Below are positions 42,962 through 56,395 of a DNA stretch of 64,000 nt, piece after piece. The position numbers and the translations under genes are program-made. The notes beneath the pieces are model-generated. The model was given only the letters and a program-made list of their open reading frames with translations, did no database searches and was not told the DNA's origin. The DNA is from Chrysomallon squamiferum (lineage: Eukaryota > Animalia > Mollusca): contig CM022679.1 in assembly GCA_012295275.1 (NCBI GenBank), forward strand, positions 25,110,001 through 25,174,000, in the 5' to 3' direction. Position 1 is the first letter of the stretch. Each line of letters begins with the position of its first letter.

Positions 42962-43049
42962 AAGGTGGCAAAAGAAGCGTCAAGAGTCTAGTTCAGTGTT
43001 GAACGGGAACCCAGCAGTGAACCGACCCCTGATGAACACAGAACAACCG
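42962..43049 (+). CDS. EGFR-ligand-like gene, exon 5: basic stop-transfer and cytoplasmic tail RWQKKRQESSSVLNGNPAVNRPLMNTEQP
   Basis: Acceptor tttgtttccag, donor CCG|gtaata (phase 0). The basic cluster falls directly after the TM helix. Confidence 0.82.
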
Positions 43050-43847
43050 GTAATACATGGTCACATAGATAGCGATTCCCCATTGGCCAGTCCAGTCTGG
43101 ATTTTCAGAGTTGGTTCATATTTCAGATTTGCCCACTTTGTCAGGCTGGTCTTTCACTCTCTGTGGCTGTTTTTATTTCAATATCTGTATTTATTATTTT
43201 TTATTTATTTTTTTTATTTTTTTATTTTTTCTTATCTGCTTGGTCGGTGTTTTTTATTTTATGCTTTGTTTATTTGATTACGGTTTTATTGTTTGAGTTT
43301 GAGGGGTTTTTTTCATTTTTTTTCTCTCATTTGAGGAACAGTACTTGTTAAAAAAACAAATGAATTCCAGATATTTAAGATCTTCTTGTCAGTTGCTTGA
43401 ATTTCTGGTTTTAGATTCAAAACTTTCTTTTTCAATGTTAATATATTACTGTTCAGTTCAGATTTTGTATTTTTATAATTTCTCTGTTGTTCAAGATGCA
43501 CTCAAACAAATATTAAGACATTGTTAATGAGACTGTTTTGTATTTTGTTCTTGTTGGTTGTTTTTGTTGAGAAAAGGTGCAAAAAAAAAGTTACAGAATT
43601 CTGTTATAAAATTATAGTAGATCTATACAAGTTAACTATTACTTTTTTATATTTATATTTTGTGTGCCTTTTTATCTTCTGAATGGTCTATACCTCTACT
43701 GTTTTCACTCAGTTGGTTCTATGATTTCTCTGTTCCAAGCACCTATTTAACCATTAAATATTAATATATACTGAGTTGTCTTTCATCAGATATTCCAGTG
43801 TGTTTAGTTGGGCATGAGTTTAAAAGGTTTACAGACAATATGGGTTA

Positions 43848-43883
<36 letters not shown>

Positions 43884-44184
43884 TAGATATTTGCAATTCA
43901 TATCATGAGCTTAAGTCCTTTTTTATTTCAGTTTCAGAAATTTGACTCAGCACGTTAAGATTTTTTGTTCTAGCCCTGTGTGGTCGCTTTTGTGTGTTAT
44001 TGTCATCATCACAAGTTCTGTTTAACAGTGTTTTTATTTTGTTTTACTAATTAGGTAGTGTTTTAATGTAATACCAGTGGAAATAAATGAAGATATTATT
44101 TTTTTTTTTCTTAATTCAGAAGGTTTAAATTGAAATCAATTTTTCATTTGGTAGTATTGTAATTACTGTTGTTTATGTTGTTTT

Positions 44185-44560
44185 TACTACTATTATTACT
44201 GCTACTACTACTATGATGACAACTACTATTACTACTACTACTACTACTATTATTATTATTATTATTTATTATTATTTATTATTTATTATTATTATTATTG
44301 TTATTTATTATTATTATTTATTATCATTATTATTATATTGTTATTTATTATTATCATTATTATTATTATCAATATTATTGTTATTTACTATTATTATTAT
44401 TATTATTATTTATTATTATTATTTATTTATTATTATTATAGTGTTATTTATTATTATCATTATTATTATTGTTGTTGTTGTTGTTATTGTTATTACTGCT
44501 ATTTATTATTATTTTTTTATTATTATTATTATTGTTATTATTATTATTATTATTATTTTT
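44185..44560. repeat. Degenerate (TTA)n/(CTA)n microsatellite inside the last intron of the EGF-ligand gene
   Basis: Direct inspection. Confidence 0.92.
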
Positions 44561-46013
44561 TCAGTGTAGATTAATATATGAAGCCACAGTTATTTTTTGT
44601 TATTTTTATAGTCTCTCTCTCACACACACACACAGAGACAAACACACTGATTTGTATATAAAATTAATGATTAGAATGTAATGCTTTGTACAATTAGGCT
44701 TTGCACAAGTAATATATTTTCTAACAAATCATATTAAAAATCATAATTAGATAAAAAAGAAATAAAAATGTCCTTCTTCAGATCAAAAGGAAATAATTAC
44801 TGCATAAAAATAAAATAATTAAATAAAATAACAGTTATATATAATTCATGGTGAAAGATATTTATTTGTATAGGTGTTGTTTTTTTGTCTGTGGATGAGT
44901 TTTTTGAGTATGTGTGTGTATCTGTACATTTCTGTTTGTATGTGTCTGTACATGTGAATGTACACATGTATATATATATATATATATGTATGTATTTATG
45001 TGTGTGTGTACATCTTTATCTATGTGTGTATATATATGTATGTCATATGCATGTATATGCACGTATGTTTAATTATTTAATATGAGTGTTTGTGTGTGTG
45101 TGTACATACATATACATGCATCCATGTATGAATGTATGTATGTATGAATGTATTTACATATCATGTATGTATATATGTTTATACGTATCTATGTATGTTT
45201 GTATGTATGGATGTATGTGCTTGCACTGGATAATCTCATAATAAATTTTTTTTAAATTGTCTTTGTTTTATTACTAGGAAATTGCAGAAACAGATGTTGA
45301 TTTCAAGCCTGGTATACAGATTGTTTTCTCATTACACTACATTTCTTTCCATTAACATCAGTAAAATTTCCTTTCTGCAAAATGAATACAGCATCTTATA
45401 TACTGCTTATACTGTTAAATACCATTGCTTAACTTTCCTTCATGTTGCACTATTTGCCTTGTACTTCACTCAACAAATATGCCTTTTATAAGTATTTAAC
45501 AGCTTTTGGGAGTTATATAATAAATAAATAAAGAAAGAAAGAAAGAAAGAAGGAAATAAAGAAATAAAAAGGAGAAGCAAAAAATAAATTTCCAAATTTT
45601 ATAAATAAAAAAGAAATATTAAAAAAGGTAATAGAAAGAATAAAATATCTATGACAGATAAAAAAAAAAATTTGATAGAAGCAGTCCAAAAAAAAAATTT
45701 AAAAAAGAAATATGAAAAATGATAATAGAAAGAATAAAAGATGGGTTTAGGATTTGATAGCTTGTCATTCCTTCTAGAGTTATCTTTCCTTATGCAAATT
45801 TTCTGTTGGTAACATCTTCTCTTTAATTTGTGCCATATCCACTAGTAAATTCACTGTTTTATGTTAATAACACAAAACCTGCCATTCCTATGTCTGACCC
45901 TTTTCATCAACTTTCTGTCTTCATAAAATATCCTAGCAACCAGAATGTGTTTTATACATTGTATCTTAAAAGGTTTTTGCATCTTGGAATGTGGTTAATA
46001 TGATTATAATTAA

Positions 46014-46041
46014 GATGATGATGCTGATGATGATGATGATG

Positions 46042-46136
<95 letters not shown>

Positions 46137-46140
46137 TACA
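46014..46140. repeat. (GAT)n-(TAT)n compound microsatellite
   Basis: Direct inspection. Confidence 0.95.
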
Positions 46141-47337
46141 ATAGTTTTGTACATCCAAACTTAGAAATAAATCTAATATTATCTGAGAAAAAAGAAAGCA
46201 AAATATTTCCACATATAGAAAAAACCATCAAGTTAAACATAATATACATTTTGCAATAGGACAATAAGGTATTTTTTTTCTTGGAGGTAGGACATAATCC
46301 ACAAATTTTTCTGTTTAAGATACATTCTAAACAGATTATGATCTTGAAATACAATAAATTTACATTTTAACTGTTAGACACGCATTCTAAAATAGAATTA
46401 TGCTATACATGTTGAAAGGATGATATTCTAAAATAAAATAATTGCACGTTTTATAATTATGCTTGCAATAGGACATACTTTTTCAAATAGGATATATTTA
46501 CATTTTAACTTTCAGATGCACATTGTAATATATAATTAACTTAACTGTAGGATGTGTATGTTGTAATGACAATTCTAGAACAGGATAACAACACATTTTG
46601 ATTTAAAATAATCATTTTAATATGGAATTTTCCTGTCAGTTATTTATTATCTAGAACAACCGTAGACTTTGGTGTTATTTAATTACCTGAAGATCAGAAA
46701 TTTGTTTAATTTTATATATTTGAGTTTTATTTCTTGCAACGTGGTATTTTACACAAAGCCTTTATTTTTGTGCTTGCTTACATTTATCTTCTTCCACTTC
46801 TCTGTGGTTAGTTCAACTTGATAATTAAGTATATATTTATTTTATCTCTTTCACAAAAAGCTATTTAATGCTTGGGTAGTATATATTAAATCAGTTTGAT
46901 GGATTTGTTTGGATGCATAACTATAAAATTATTTCACATATATGTGAATGCTATTCAGTGTTTTTAAATGGTGCATACAATTAATTAATTATGTGTACAC
47001 ATTGATTTATATAAATGTACACTTCTTAATTTCTAATTAATTAATTATATATGTATACACTGATTTTTATAAATGATCAGTTCACTTTTTAAATAATATA
47101 TTTTTTAATAATTTTTATAATTTATAGAAAAAATTAAATTTTATTTCAAGATGTTACCTGAATTTTAATTTTGTATCTCAAAAGAACCAGTTTAAGAAAT
47201 ATCAGTCTATCATTGTTTGAAATAACATCTTCATTAAAGAGATCACTGATAAACAATTATAGCATTATAGTAGTTTTCAAATCTGTGTTATTTTTTTTGT
47301 TTGTGTATTTCCTTATTTATTTATTTATTTATTTCAG

Positions 47338-47439
47338 GGTCTGAACCTTGATACAATGACAGAAGAAGACAAACATCCTGTAGCAAACAATTTCAATAGT
47401 GTTAAATTTAACAATTTGAACCTTGAGACTAATGTATGA
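47338..47439 (+). CDS. EGFR-ligand-like gene, last coding exon GLNLDTMTEEDKHPVANNFNSVKFNNLNLETNV*
   Basis: A T-rich tract and tttcag acceptor precede it, phase 0. It ends in the class I PDZ-type motif ETNV (TGF-alpha ends ETVV). The joined CDS is 585 nt, or 194 aa plus stop. Confidence 0.75.
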   Translation, partial: GLNLDTMTEEDKHPVANNFNSVKFNNLNLETNV

Positions 47440-48945
47440 CCAGAAACTTGGACCAGCCATGTTGCAGATAGACTACTGTGTGGATCACACCTCAAATAAC
47501 TAAAACAAAGACAAAGCAATATGCAGAATACACATATCATTAATGTTCCGTGGATGTATGCCCCACGAATCAGCAATTAAAAACAAATACTGCCGTGATT
47601 CTCAATAGCTGGACGATGTTGTTGATAAGTTGTGAAGAATTGTTAAAAATATGTCTTGGTGACTTATAATTTTTCCTTTGGTGCAGCTTCTTGATACCTG
47701 AATATCTATCACCTACATAACCAGAGAACTTTGCAAACTGACAGCTGATTGGGTTATCTGATATAAGCTGATGGCTCATTGGTTTCTGAAGGAAGCTTTT
47801 GATTTGTTAGTTGGTTGGTCATCTTGATGCAGATCAATAACTATCACAATGGTGATTTCATGCATGATAATAATACATTGCTTGTTGTTTTCTTTCAAGG
47901 ATGTTTAGTGAAGAGGTGTGTTTTTCAGCAACCAATGAAAACATCAGATAAGGCTTCTTTTTCAGAAGATAAATTATTCATAATTATGAGCAAACTGTTG
48001 AAAAAAACCCTAAGAAATGTGTTCTAAAGGTGAGATATACTGGTGCAGTTCAAGTGAAGAAAACAAATAACAATCATGCTGACCTGCAGTTTATTTTGCA
48101 AGAAGACATTTCTTCTTCTGATGTGTTCTATTGTGATATTTTCTCGTTGCCATGGAGAAACTCTATCTTCATTTAAACCACAGCATCTTGACTTTTTTTT
48201 TTTCTCTTGAATTTTTAGCCATGGAAATATCTGTGATCTTTTCTGAGAAGATAAAACAAACATTTACTGGACTGGCATTGGATGTTTTCTCTTGCAATGG
48301 TTGGACTCTCTTGCCTTTTCTGAAAGAATGAGTGGTGCTTTTCTTTGTAAATAGAAAAAAAAAAAAAAAAAAAAATCATTTCATCATGAGGTTTTTTTAA
48401 AAAAAAAAAATTAAATTAATTCTGTCATGTTTACAGTACATGTGCTGAATCAGAAATTGATCCAAAGCATAACTTAATTAGGATTCATTTAAAACTGAAA
48501 ACTAATTATTGGGTTTTTGGGGTTGGTTGTTTTTGCATTTCAAAAAGACACATCTGTTATTTGTATTCACACTATAACAATACTTATGATGTAGAAGATA
48601 ATTAATCTAACAGATGATTTTATACTTTGATACCTTTTAACATATCATAAATTTTTTAACATCAGATTTGTAATAATTATTAACTATTTAAAATGCTAAT
48701 TTTTAACTATTTATATTGTTTTCTAATTTTTTAATTTTTAATAGTCTTTTTGCTTAAGGTTGAAAGTATGGCCTCTGATGGAAATTTACAAATTATGTAT
48801 ATAGTCCCAGTTATTTTCAACATGTTTTAAAATATCTCCAGAATTATATAAATATGCTTACACACATGTTGGAAGTTTCAAAAGCAGTTGGTAATAGCAG
48901 ATGTCACATCTGATTTAAACCAGACTAAAATCTCTATTTCATATT

Positions 48946-48977
<32 letters not shown>

Positions 48978-49472
48978 TGATCTATCACGTTTGAAGAGAT
49001 CACACTATACAGAATCCAGTTGTGGTGGATCATATATTGAGATATTCTTTAATTGTGAGCATAATGTATATCACAATTCTCTTTCCTTTTTGAAATCTTT
49101 TCAGCCTCTGTATATTATTATTATTATTATTATTATTAAAAGTAAACACAATTATAATAATTAAAAAGTCCAGAAAAATTACTGTAAACATGACTGCTAT
49201 AGATAAACACATCTTCTACAATCATTTTCATAAAGAGAAAAAGAATGCTATATTGGTGTCCAATATGGCAGCCATATTTAAAAATGTACACAGTGCCATG
49301 CATTATGCCATATACTTTGTTGTTTGTGAGTATTTTTAATGGAATGCTAGGTGATTTAGTTTTTTAATTTACATATTTTGTGGATGTCCTTTTTTCTTTA
49401 TGATAAAATATGAATTATAATCTGGTAGTAAAAAAATAAAAAAAAAAAAAAAAAATAAATAAAGTAAAAAAA

Positions 49473-49570
<98 letters not shown>

Positions 49571-50517
49571 CAATAACAATAATAATAATAACCCCCAAAA
49601 ATCTATGATTAGGTGTGAAAACTGAAATTATGAAATATCCAGTTCTATATAAAAATGATAATATGCTAAAATCTGTTTTCTATTTCATAAAGAAAATAAT
49701 GAAATGTACTAAAAATTATTTTAGTAGATAAAATTAAATACAAAATTAACAAATCAACAAAGAAAATATATGAATTATCGAAACTTTAAACCTGGGCTCC
49801 CTTTTGATCCACAAAGTGTGTATGAAAGCCAGTGACACTTTAATTTATACTGAGAATTTTATTATGCAAATTTCTTTAATTTTAACAGTGGTCCAATTTT
49901 TATTACAACCTTTTCAGCCAATACCATTTTTAACAGATTATTCAGATCTAGTCATATATGTATTTTTTAGTACCAACTTTTTATTTAATTTTAATCACAT
50001 CATTCCTGTTTACGGTGAGAACAAATAGTCTAAACAGACTTTAATAGAACTTAATTTTTAAAAGCAACCAACCTTTGTTAATAATAAAGTAATATTTGTT
50101 AATTATTTATCCATGAAATCAAATTTTATTTGTATATAATTATGTCTAATATAAGAATAGTGGTACATTTACTAGTACTATGGCCGCTATATTTTAAAGT
50201 AATACAGTGATTATGCCTGAGATATATATATATAATTTTCCTTCCTTAATTTCATACTTGCAACTGGTCATACACCAATTAAGCTGAACTGGCCACCAAT
50301 TTTTCCTAGCAGTCTAGTATAATAACAGTTGCATATCAGTGCCCCTTTAGAACCATGGATACATTTTGATTACTTATAAACTTATGACATTGTCAATGAA
50401 ATGTTAAAAAAAAAAAAAAAATGTAAATTAAAACCCAGAATATATTTAGACAGTTAAAGAGTTGACAAAAGGTATACTGTATAGATTTTTTGTTCAAACC
50501 ACCATAACCATGTTTAA

Positions 50518-50691
50518 CCCTTCAAGCCACAAAACGATTGCATTAGTTATAAAATTCTGCCAGATGCAGATTTGTAATTTCATAAATTAACTGAGTGCAG
50601 AATGTCACTGAACTATGGATTTTTATAAATGATCCTGAACTAGGTGAAAAGTGTTGTGATGTAACACACAAAATATGGGATGCTTTTAGGG
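50518..50691. mobile_element. Possible short piggyBac-like MITE
   Basis: TTAA|CCCTTCAAGC ... GCTTTTAGGG|TTAA gives 8/10 terminal inverted matches with TTAA on both sides. Confidence 0.35.
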
Positions 50692-53177
50692 TTAAAACAT
50701 TACTGGAAAAAAAAAATGGCAGTAAACATTTAGTTGTTTGTTTTAACATTAAACATACCAAAGTTTTTATTTGTGAATCTTGTCAGTTTTAACACATATC
50801 ATTAAATTTAAAAATGACATTGGCTTTAAAGAATACTTTTAATATGTTTGATAAGGTAGAAAATTCATCGTATTGTTTGCCTTATAAAATGTAAATTTTT
50901 ACAATGCAGACATTCATTTTTTTTTGTATGACATTTATAATTTGTATATACATGTAAATAAATTCATTAGTTGTATTTAATGTGGATGGCTTCTGGTAAA
51001 TTATGAAAAAAAAATTTGTTTAATCATTTTCCCCATAAATCATTTAGAGCACTGAAATAAAAGTTGTATTGAAATATTTTTTAATCTTGAAACAATGAAC
51101 ATCGAGGTCAAATAGGGTGATCCTAATGTTCAGAATATTTTTTTCTTCTAAAATCATTTATATTTAAAAAAAAACAAACATTGTACACTTAATGCTGAAT
51201 GCTGCAAACTGCATAAAGGTGAGCAATTTCTTCAGTAAAATCATTTTAATCATTAAAGAAAACAAATGCTTCCATCTAGCTTTTCTTGCTTGGAGCCATA
51301 AACTGCCATTGCCCTTTCTTTTTTTCTAGAGGTTTTTTAATCATCATGAATTTTTAGAAATTTGTTTTAAACACAGACACTCTCCCAAGTTGTAACTTTT
51401 CAATACGAGTTTAGGGAAGTGGTAATGAACATTTTCTTTATATTTTGGTAAGCATTTTAACACTGTTTTTAATGTTTCAGAATAATGTATTGTACATTTA
51501 GACATTAAGTTTTAAGTAATAAGATTTTAAGGAGTTTCATATTGTTTGGTATTATCTTTATGTTAAAGGTTTTTAATGTTTTGTATAACAACAGCAGTTT
51601 TAGAGAATTCTTATATTTACATGTTTATATATTTAAAAAAAAAAATAAAGTTTAATAATTTGCATACATTTAAGCATAAAAAATACAAATTTAGACTGTG
51701 TTCTATGATAAAAATAAGATATGCCAAGTTATATCTGAAGCAAGATGAAGAAATAAATCATAAGAGCTAATCAAAAAGGATTTTTTTAAATTTTAAATTA
51801 AGAGAATTATGATAAATTATCACATAAAATCACTTGTTTTCTTAAATGGTGGAATATTTTACATTATAGATATTTTAGTGATTCAGTAACAACAGTTTGT
51901 AACCTAGCAGCAACATAACAAAAAGATTGTATAATAGTACAGTTATTTTATTTTCAAGAATAAACTTAAAGATGATTTTTCCTGTTTCATTTTTATTTTT
52001 AAAAAAACTGAAATTTTGTTGTTTTTTTAATCAACATTATTGAAAAACGTGATTTGCATTTCTGACCAACTGAAAAAATTTAACATGGTAATCAGAGCAA
52101 GCTTTTGTGAGGCTTGTCTGTGACAGTCATATTCTCTGACAAATCTGACAAACCAAGGGCTTGTCTGCAACAGTCATATTCTCTGACAAACAAGTCTATT
52201 GTAGAATTACTTTTCTATGGAGACTATTCTACTGAACCTTGTGAAATACCACCACAATAAGCTGCAAATAAAAGAAGAAACACATAAAATTAAAGCATGG
52301 CTGCTATGCACAAAGAATTAAACATCAAAACATTAGTAGTTATTGTTTACATACATGTTCCATTAGAGGTTTTTTTTTTTATCAGTGGTGAAATATCATA
52401 ATTCTGTCTTACATGTGACCAGAATTACATACTGACAAAACTGCCTAGGCCACCAAAATCAACGAAAATTGTTATCTTCAGGGACCAAAGGATTTTTATA
52501 TGAATTTACAATAAAATTCACAAATTAATTTTTTTTTTCCCCTTTAAATGACATCTCTGAACCAGAATAATAACCTTATTGGCAGTGGAATGAAAAAAAA
52601 CAAAACAACAGAAAATTGATTTGAATGCACAGCCCGTATCCATCATATATATATATATGAAAACGGTAATCAAAATAGAACAACAATCCTTAAACTTAAA
52701 AAAAAATCCCCCGAAACAAAACATTTTCTACTGATTATAACAGCATATAAATTGAAATTAATTAATTGCAATGATAATTTATTCATAAAACAATATAAAA
52801 TATATGCCACATAATTATATTAAAATAATATTTCTGATTAAAGCATTATTTGTAGATATCTGATTCTACAACACCATACCTTCTACATGTGTCAGATAAC
52901 TAAACTAGGACCTGTTTAATACAGTAAATTTATTAAAAGGGCAGTATTAGTCTGTATGTGTATTTTATTATTTTTTGTTATTCATACACGTATTTAGTAT
53001 CTTGTAATCAAGTTTGTTTTATTTTACAATTTATCTTCATGGTTGTGTTCATTTGTTACATTTCTCAATATTACTTGTGCTGGTAACTTTTATTTGAAAC
53101 TAGAATGAAACCTATTTTTGATTAATATGCTCTGAAAATAAACAGTCACATTTTGACTTTGTTGTTGTTTTATTTAC

Positions 53178-53233
<56 letters not shown>

Positions 53234-54349
53234 AGTAGGGTGTGTGAAATGGATTTTCCAGGGTTTTTTTAAATGAAACAAAATTGCAAGTTTGAAATGA
53301 AACAGATTTTAATGCATACCCTCATGTTTTTTTCTTTCAAAACAAGAAATCATTTATTTAATGATCAAATTATATTTGATATGAGCACAGAAAGAGCCTT
53401 AACATTACATCCACAGTGTCAAGTTTTTTATGCACCTGAGCTCCACTCTAAAGGTCCACTCTAAATGTCCATGCCTGTTGTTATGTTGTGCACAATGAAA
53501 TAATCCAGGGTGCCGAAAACAATGTATAGTAAGATTAACTATATACTGTGAGAGGTAACTATATGCTGCTAACTATTACGAACAAGAAAATCCTTGAATT
53601 TACATATCTCACAGAAATTAATATTTGTCATCAATATTGCTTTATTTTTAAAATCTGTTACTGGGTCTTTGTTTCGTACAACTTAAGTAGAAACACTGAG
53701 AAGCTAAAATTATCAGCATTGTACAACCAAAACACCAGAGAAACATGAATCGTTTAGTGCATTTTCTAGTTCAAGTATTCAATTAACAGCCACTACTCTG
53801 TAATTGTGAAATAAAAAGAAACATAAATATTTTGAAACACAGCAGAAATAGAGATGTTTTAGATTGTTGAACAAATCTGGGTAAAATTATTGCCATTCTG
53901 TAATTTGTTGTGTTAAAATCTGAGATTAAATGGAATACAAATATGAAATCATCTATTATCTTTCATCCAGGAGACTATCTCACACAAGATGTCTGTGCAG
54001 AAAGGTTAAGAGAATGGATTTAATGGAGGTCACAGAATCTTTTTTTTGAAAATGTGCTTGATGAACATGAAAGTTAAAACATAATATTTAGGTGAGTTTG
54101 TGTACTTTTCCATTTGGTTTCAAACATATAAACACACAAAATCTACTTAATTGTTAATATTTTTATTTTTACAATAATCTCAATTATTACTGCATAGCTA
54201 TTTTAAATAAACATTTCAGATACAATGAAGAAAACAGTTTCAACCTGATTTATCTAAATAGAAGGGAAATGGACCAAATAATTATATCTTAATACAGCAC
54301 TGTCAGATTTCTTATACAATTCCAAGAATATTTTTATCATCTCCTAATG

Positions 54350-56034
54350 TAGGTACCGGCAGGCTAATTTTTTCTGACTTTTGTTTCATATAATATGCAA
54401 AAAAATTAGCACATAATGAAAGCTGTAGCAAAAAGAAACAAAACACACAAAAATATGACTATCTCCAGCAGTTCAAAAGATATATGCGAATTGGTACAAT
54501 AGGTATTTGGTCAGTTTTCAGCCCTATTTTGTCTAATTAGCAGAAAGGGTTACTTTGGCCAACTGTATTTTGAAAAGTAATTGACACAAAAGACTGAAAA
54601 TCAACAAGAGTGATGGGACCAACTTGCTAAATGAGCTCAATTTTTTTCAGACCTGTATGTTTGTGTGTGTGTTCACAATAACATGCTAAACATGCCAAAA
54701 TCTTCAAAATACACATGACAGAATGACTAACAGTGCAGACAGACACTGGTTTTAGTTTGGTTTGATTTGCCAAAATTCAACCTGTGTTGTGAACAGTTTA
54801 TCAAGATCTTTCAAATGACATACTTGAATCTAACATTTTTAATATGCCCATAAAAAAAATAATTAGCTTTTCAGTTTATATAGAACAGCACAACTTTATT
54901 TGCATAAGCACACTATTGAATATTCACTCTATTAAATAATTAGTGGTAATAAGATACTGTGATGTGTATATATCATATATATATTATATATATATAAATG
55001 TTACTTAAATGGACAAGCATTTGATGTTTAACCATAATCCTCTGCGATACATAAACCCAGCTAATCCTTGGATTCTACAATAGAAAGGTGTTGCAGGTAT
55101 CAGTTAGGGGCAATAAAATGTATATAATCATGGGACAAGAGGCAATTAAAGACACAGGTGTTTTAAGTCTGTCATTTGAAGCAGACACAAGTTACGTATC
55201 ATCTGACCATTGTTGAAATTTTCTCTGACAGAGCTGATCAACAAGTAAAAATAATGTTTTAAAACTGATCGATTTATGATTTTATATTTTAAAAAAATTA
55301 TAAATTTTTTTATTCAGCATTCCATCAATACCTCTGAATACATTGTTATATTATGTAGAATAGTTTGTTTATGTTTATGATTCTTAATTCGCAGTTGAAA
55401 GCAAAATAATCGACTGTTTTAGAAAGGAAGTAATCGGCAAAACAATGTCAATTTGTTTATTTCACATTATATTCAGTAAAAAATCATATTATAAAACATG
55501 CATCCTACAAGTTACTAAAAATATAATAAATATAGAAACATAATCATTTCAAATAGCGCCAGTACTTTTTAGTTGCAAGTAAAATCTACGAATTGTCCCG
55601 GGAGGGCACAATTTACGGCGATATCTCTATGCACGTGCAATGGTGCATACGCTAAAACTAGGAATACTGAAGAAACACATACAGCCAACAAGTTATTAAA
55701 AATATAAACAACACAGAAATGTAATCATTTTAAACAGCGCCATACCTTTCTAGTTGTATATAACTGTGCTAAAAATAACATTGAAGTCATGTTGGCGAAA
55801 ACAAGCCAGGCGTTTGTAGACTTTTTACTCCACGCTGTTAATTGCTGACCAAATAATTTTACATACAACAAAAACAACAACACCATTTAAAAGAACACGT
55901 AATGATCTTTATGTCCATGTATTTGTTTTTGATGGTTATGTTTTACAGAAGGGATTTGGGAGTGAAAGAAAATGGACAAAAGCTGAACTTTTAACAGCTT
56001 CGACTATCTATATCGGCTAGGCTGCCGGTACCTA
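54350..56034. mobile_element. 1685-bp non-autonomous TIR element with 7-bp target-site duplication
   Basis: The left end is TAGGTACCGGCAGGCTA and the right end reverse complement is TAGGTACCGGCAGCCTA (16/17). CCTAATG is directly repeated at 54343-54349 and 56035-56041. No long ORF lies inside. Confidence 0.82.
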
Positions 56035-56168
56035 CCTAATGCTAACAATGATTAATACATAGCAGAAACTGATATTGTGTAGAGCAATAATTAAAAACTT
56101 AAAAAAAACGAAGAGACTTCATTTGTTAAATGTTTTCAGGATTATAGTGTTATTTGCTGTCAGATGTT

Positions 56169-56275
56169 TCATTTTCCCTCAGCCAACAGATCCCACAAAT
56201 AGTTTACCAGGAAAAAATGAGAAACCTGTTTTGTGTCCACAGAGAATGGCTTCACATCATTTTTCTTGCAAACAT
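56169..56275 (-). CDS. SPC24: SPC24-like gene, last exon VCKKNDVKPFSVDTKQVSHFFLVNYLWDLLAEGK*
   Basis: A TTCCTTAAT branch box and gccag acceptor precede it. The C-terminal P...D....S..F...YLW.L pattern is typical of SPC24. The joined CDS is 597 nt, or 198 aa plus stop. Confidence 0.88.
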
Positions 56276-56395
56276 CTGGCAAACGAATTAAGGAAGAACA
56301 AAATAATTTAAAAAACAAACAAATCAAACAAGAGAAAGAAAAACTAATAAACGAAACAAACAAACAAACAAACAAAAAAAAAAAAAAAAAAAAAA

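Noticed and set aside
42996-43277. Read-through of exon 5 giving a second hydrophobic segment
   Set aside because: The F/Y/L-rich tail comes from T-rich intron sequence. The donor at 43049 and the in-phase ETNV exon fit better.
47440-48350. Short ORFs on both strands in complex-looking sequence
   Set aside because: There are no recognisable motifs or consistent splice pattern. The position fits the ligand gene's 3' UTR.
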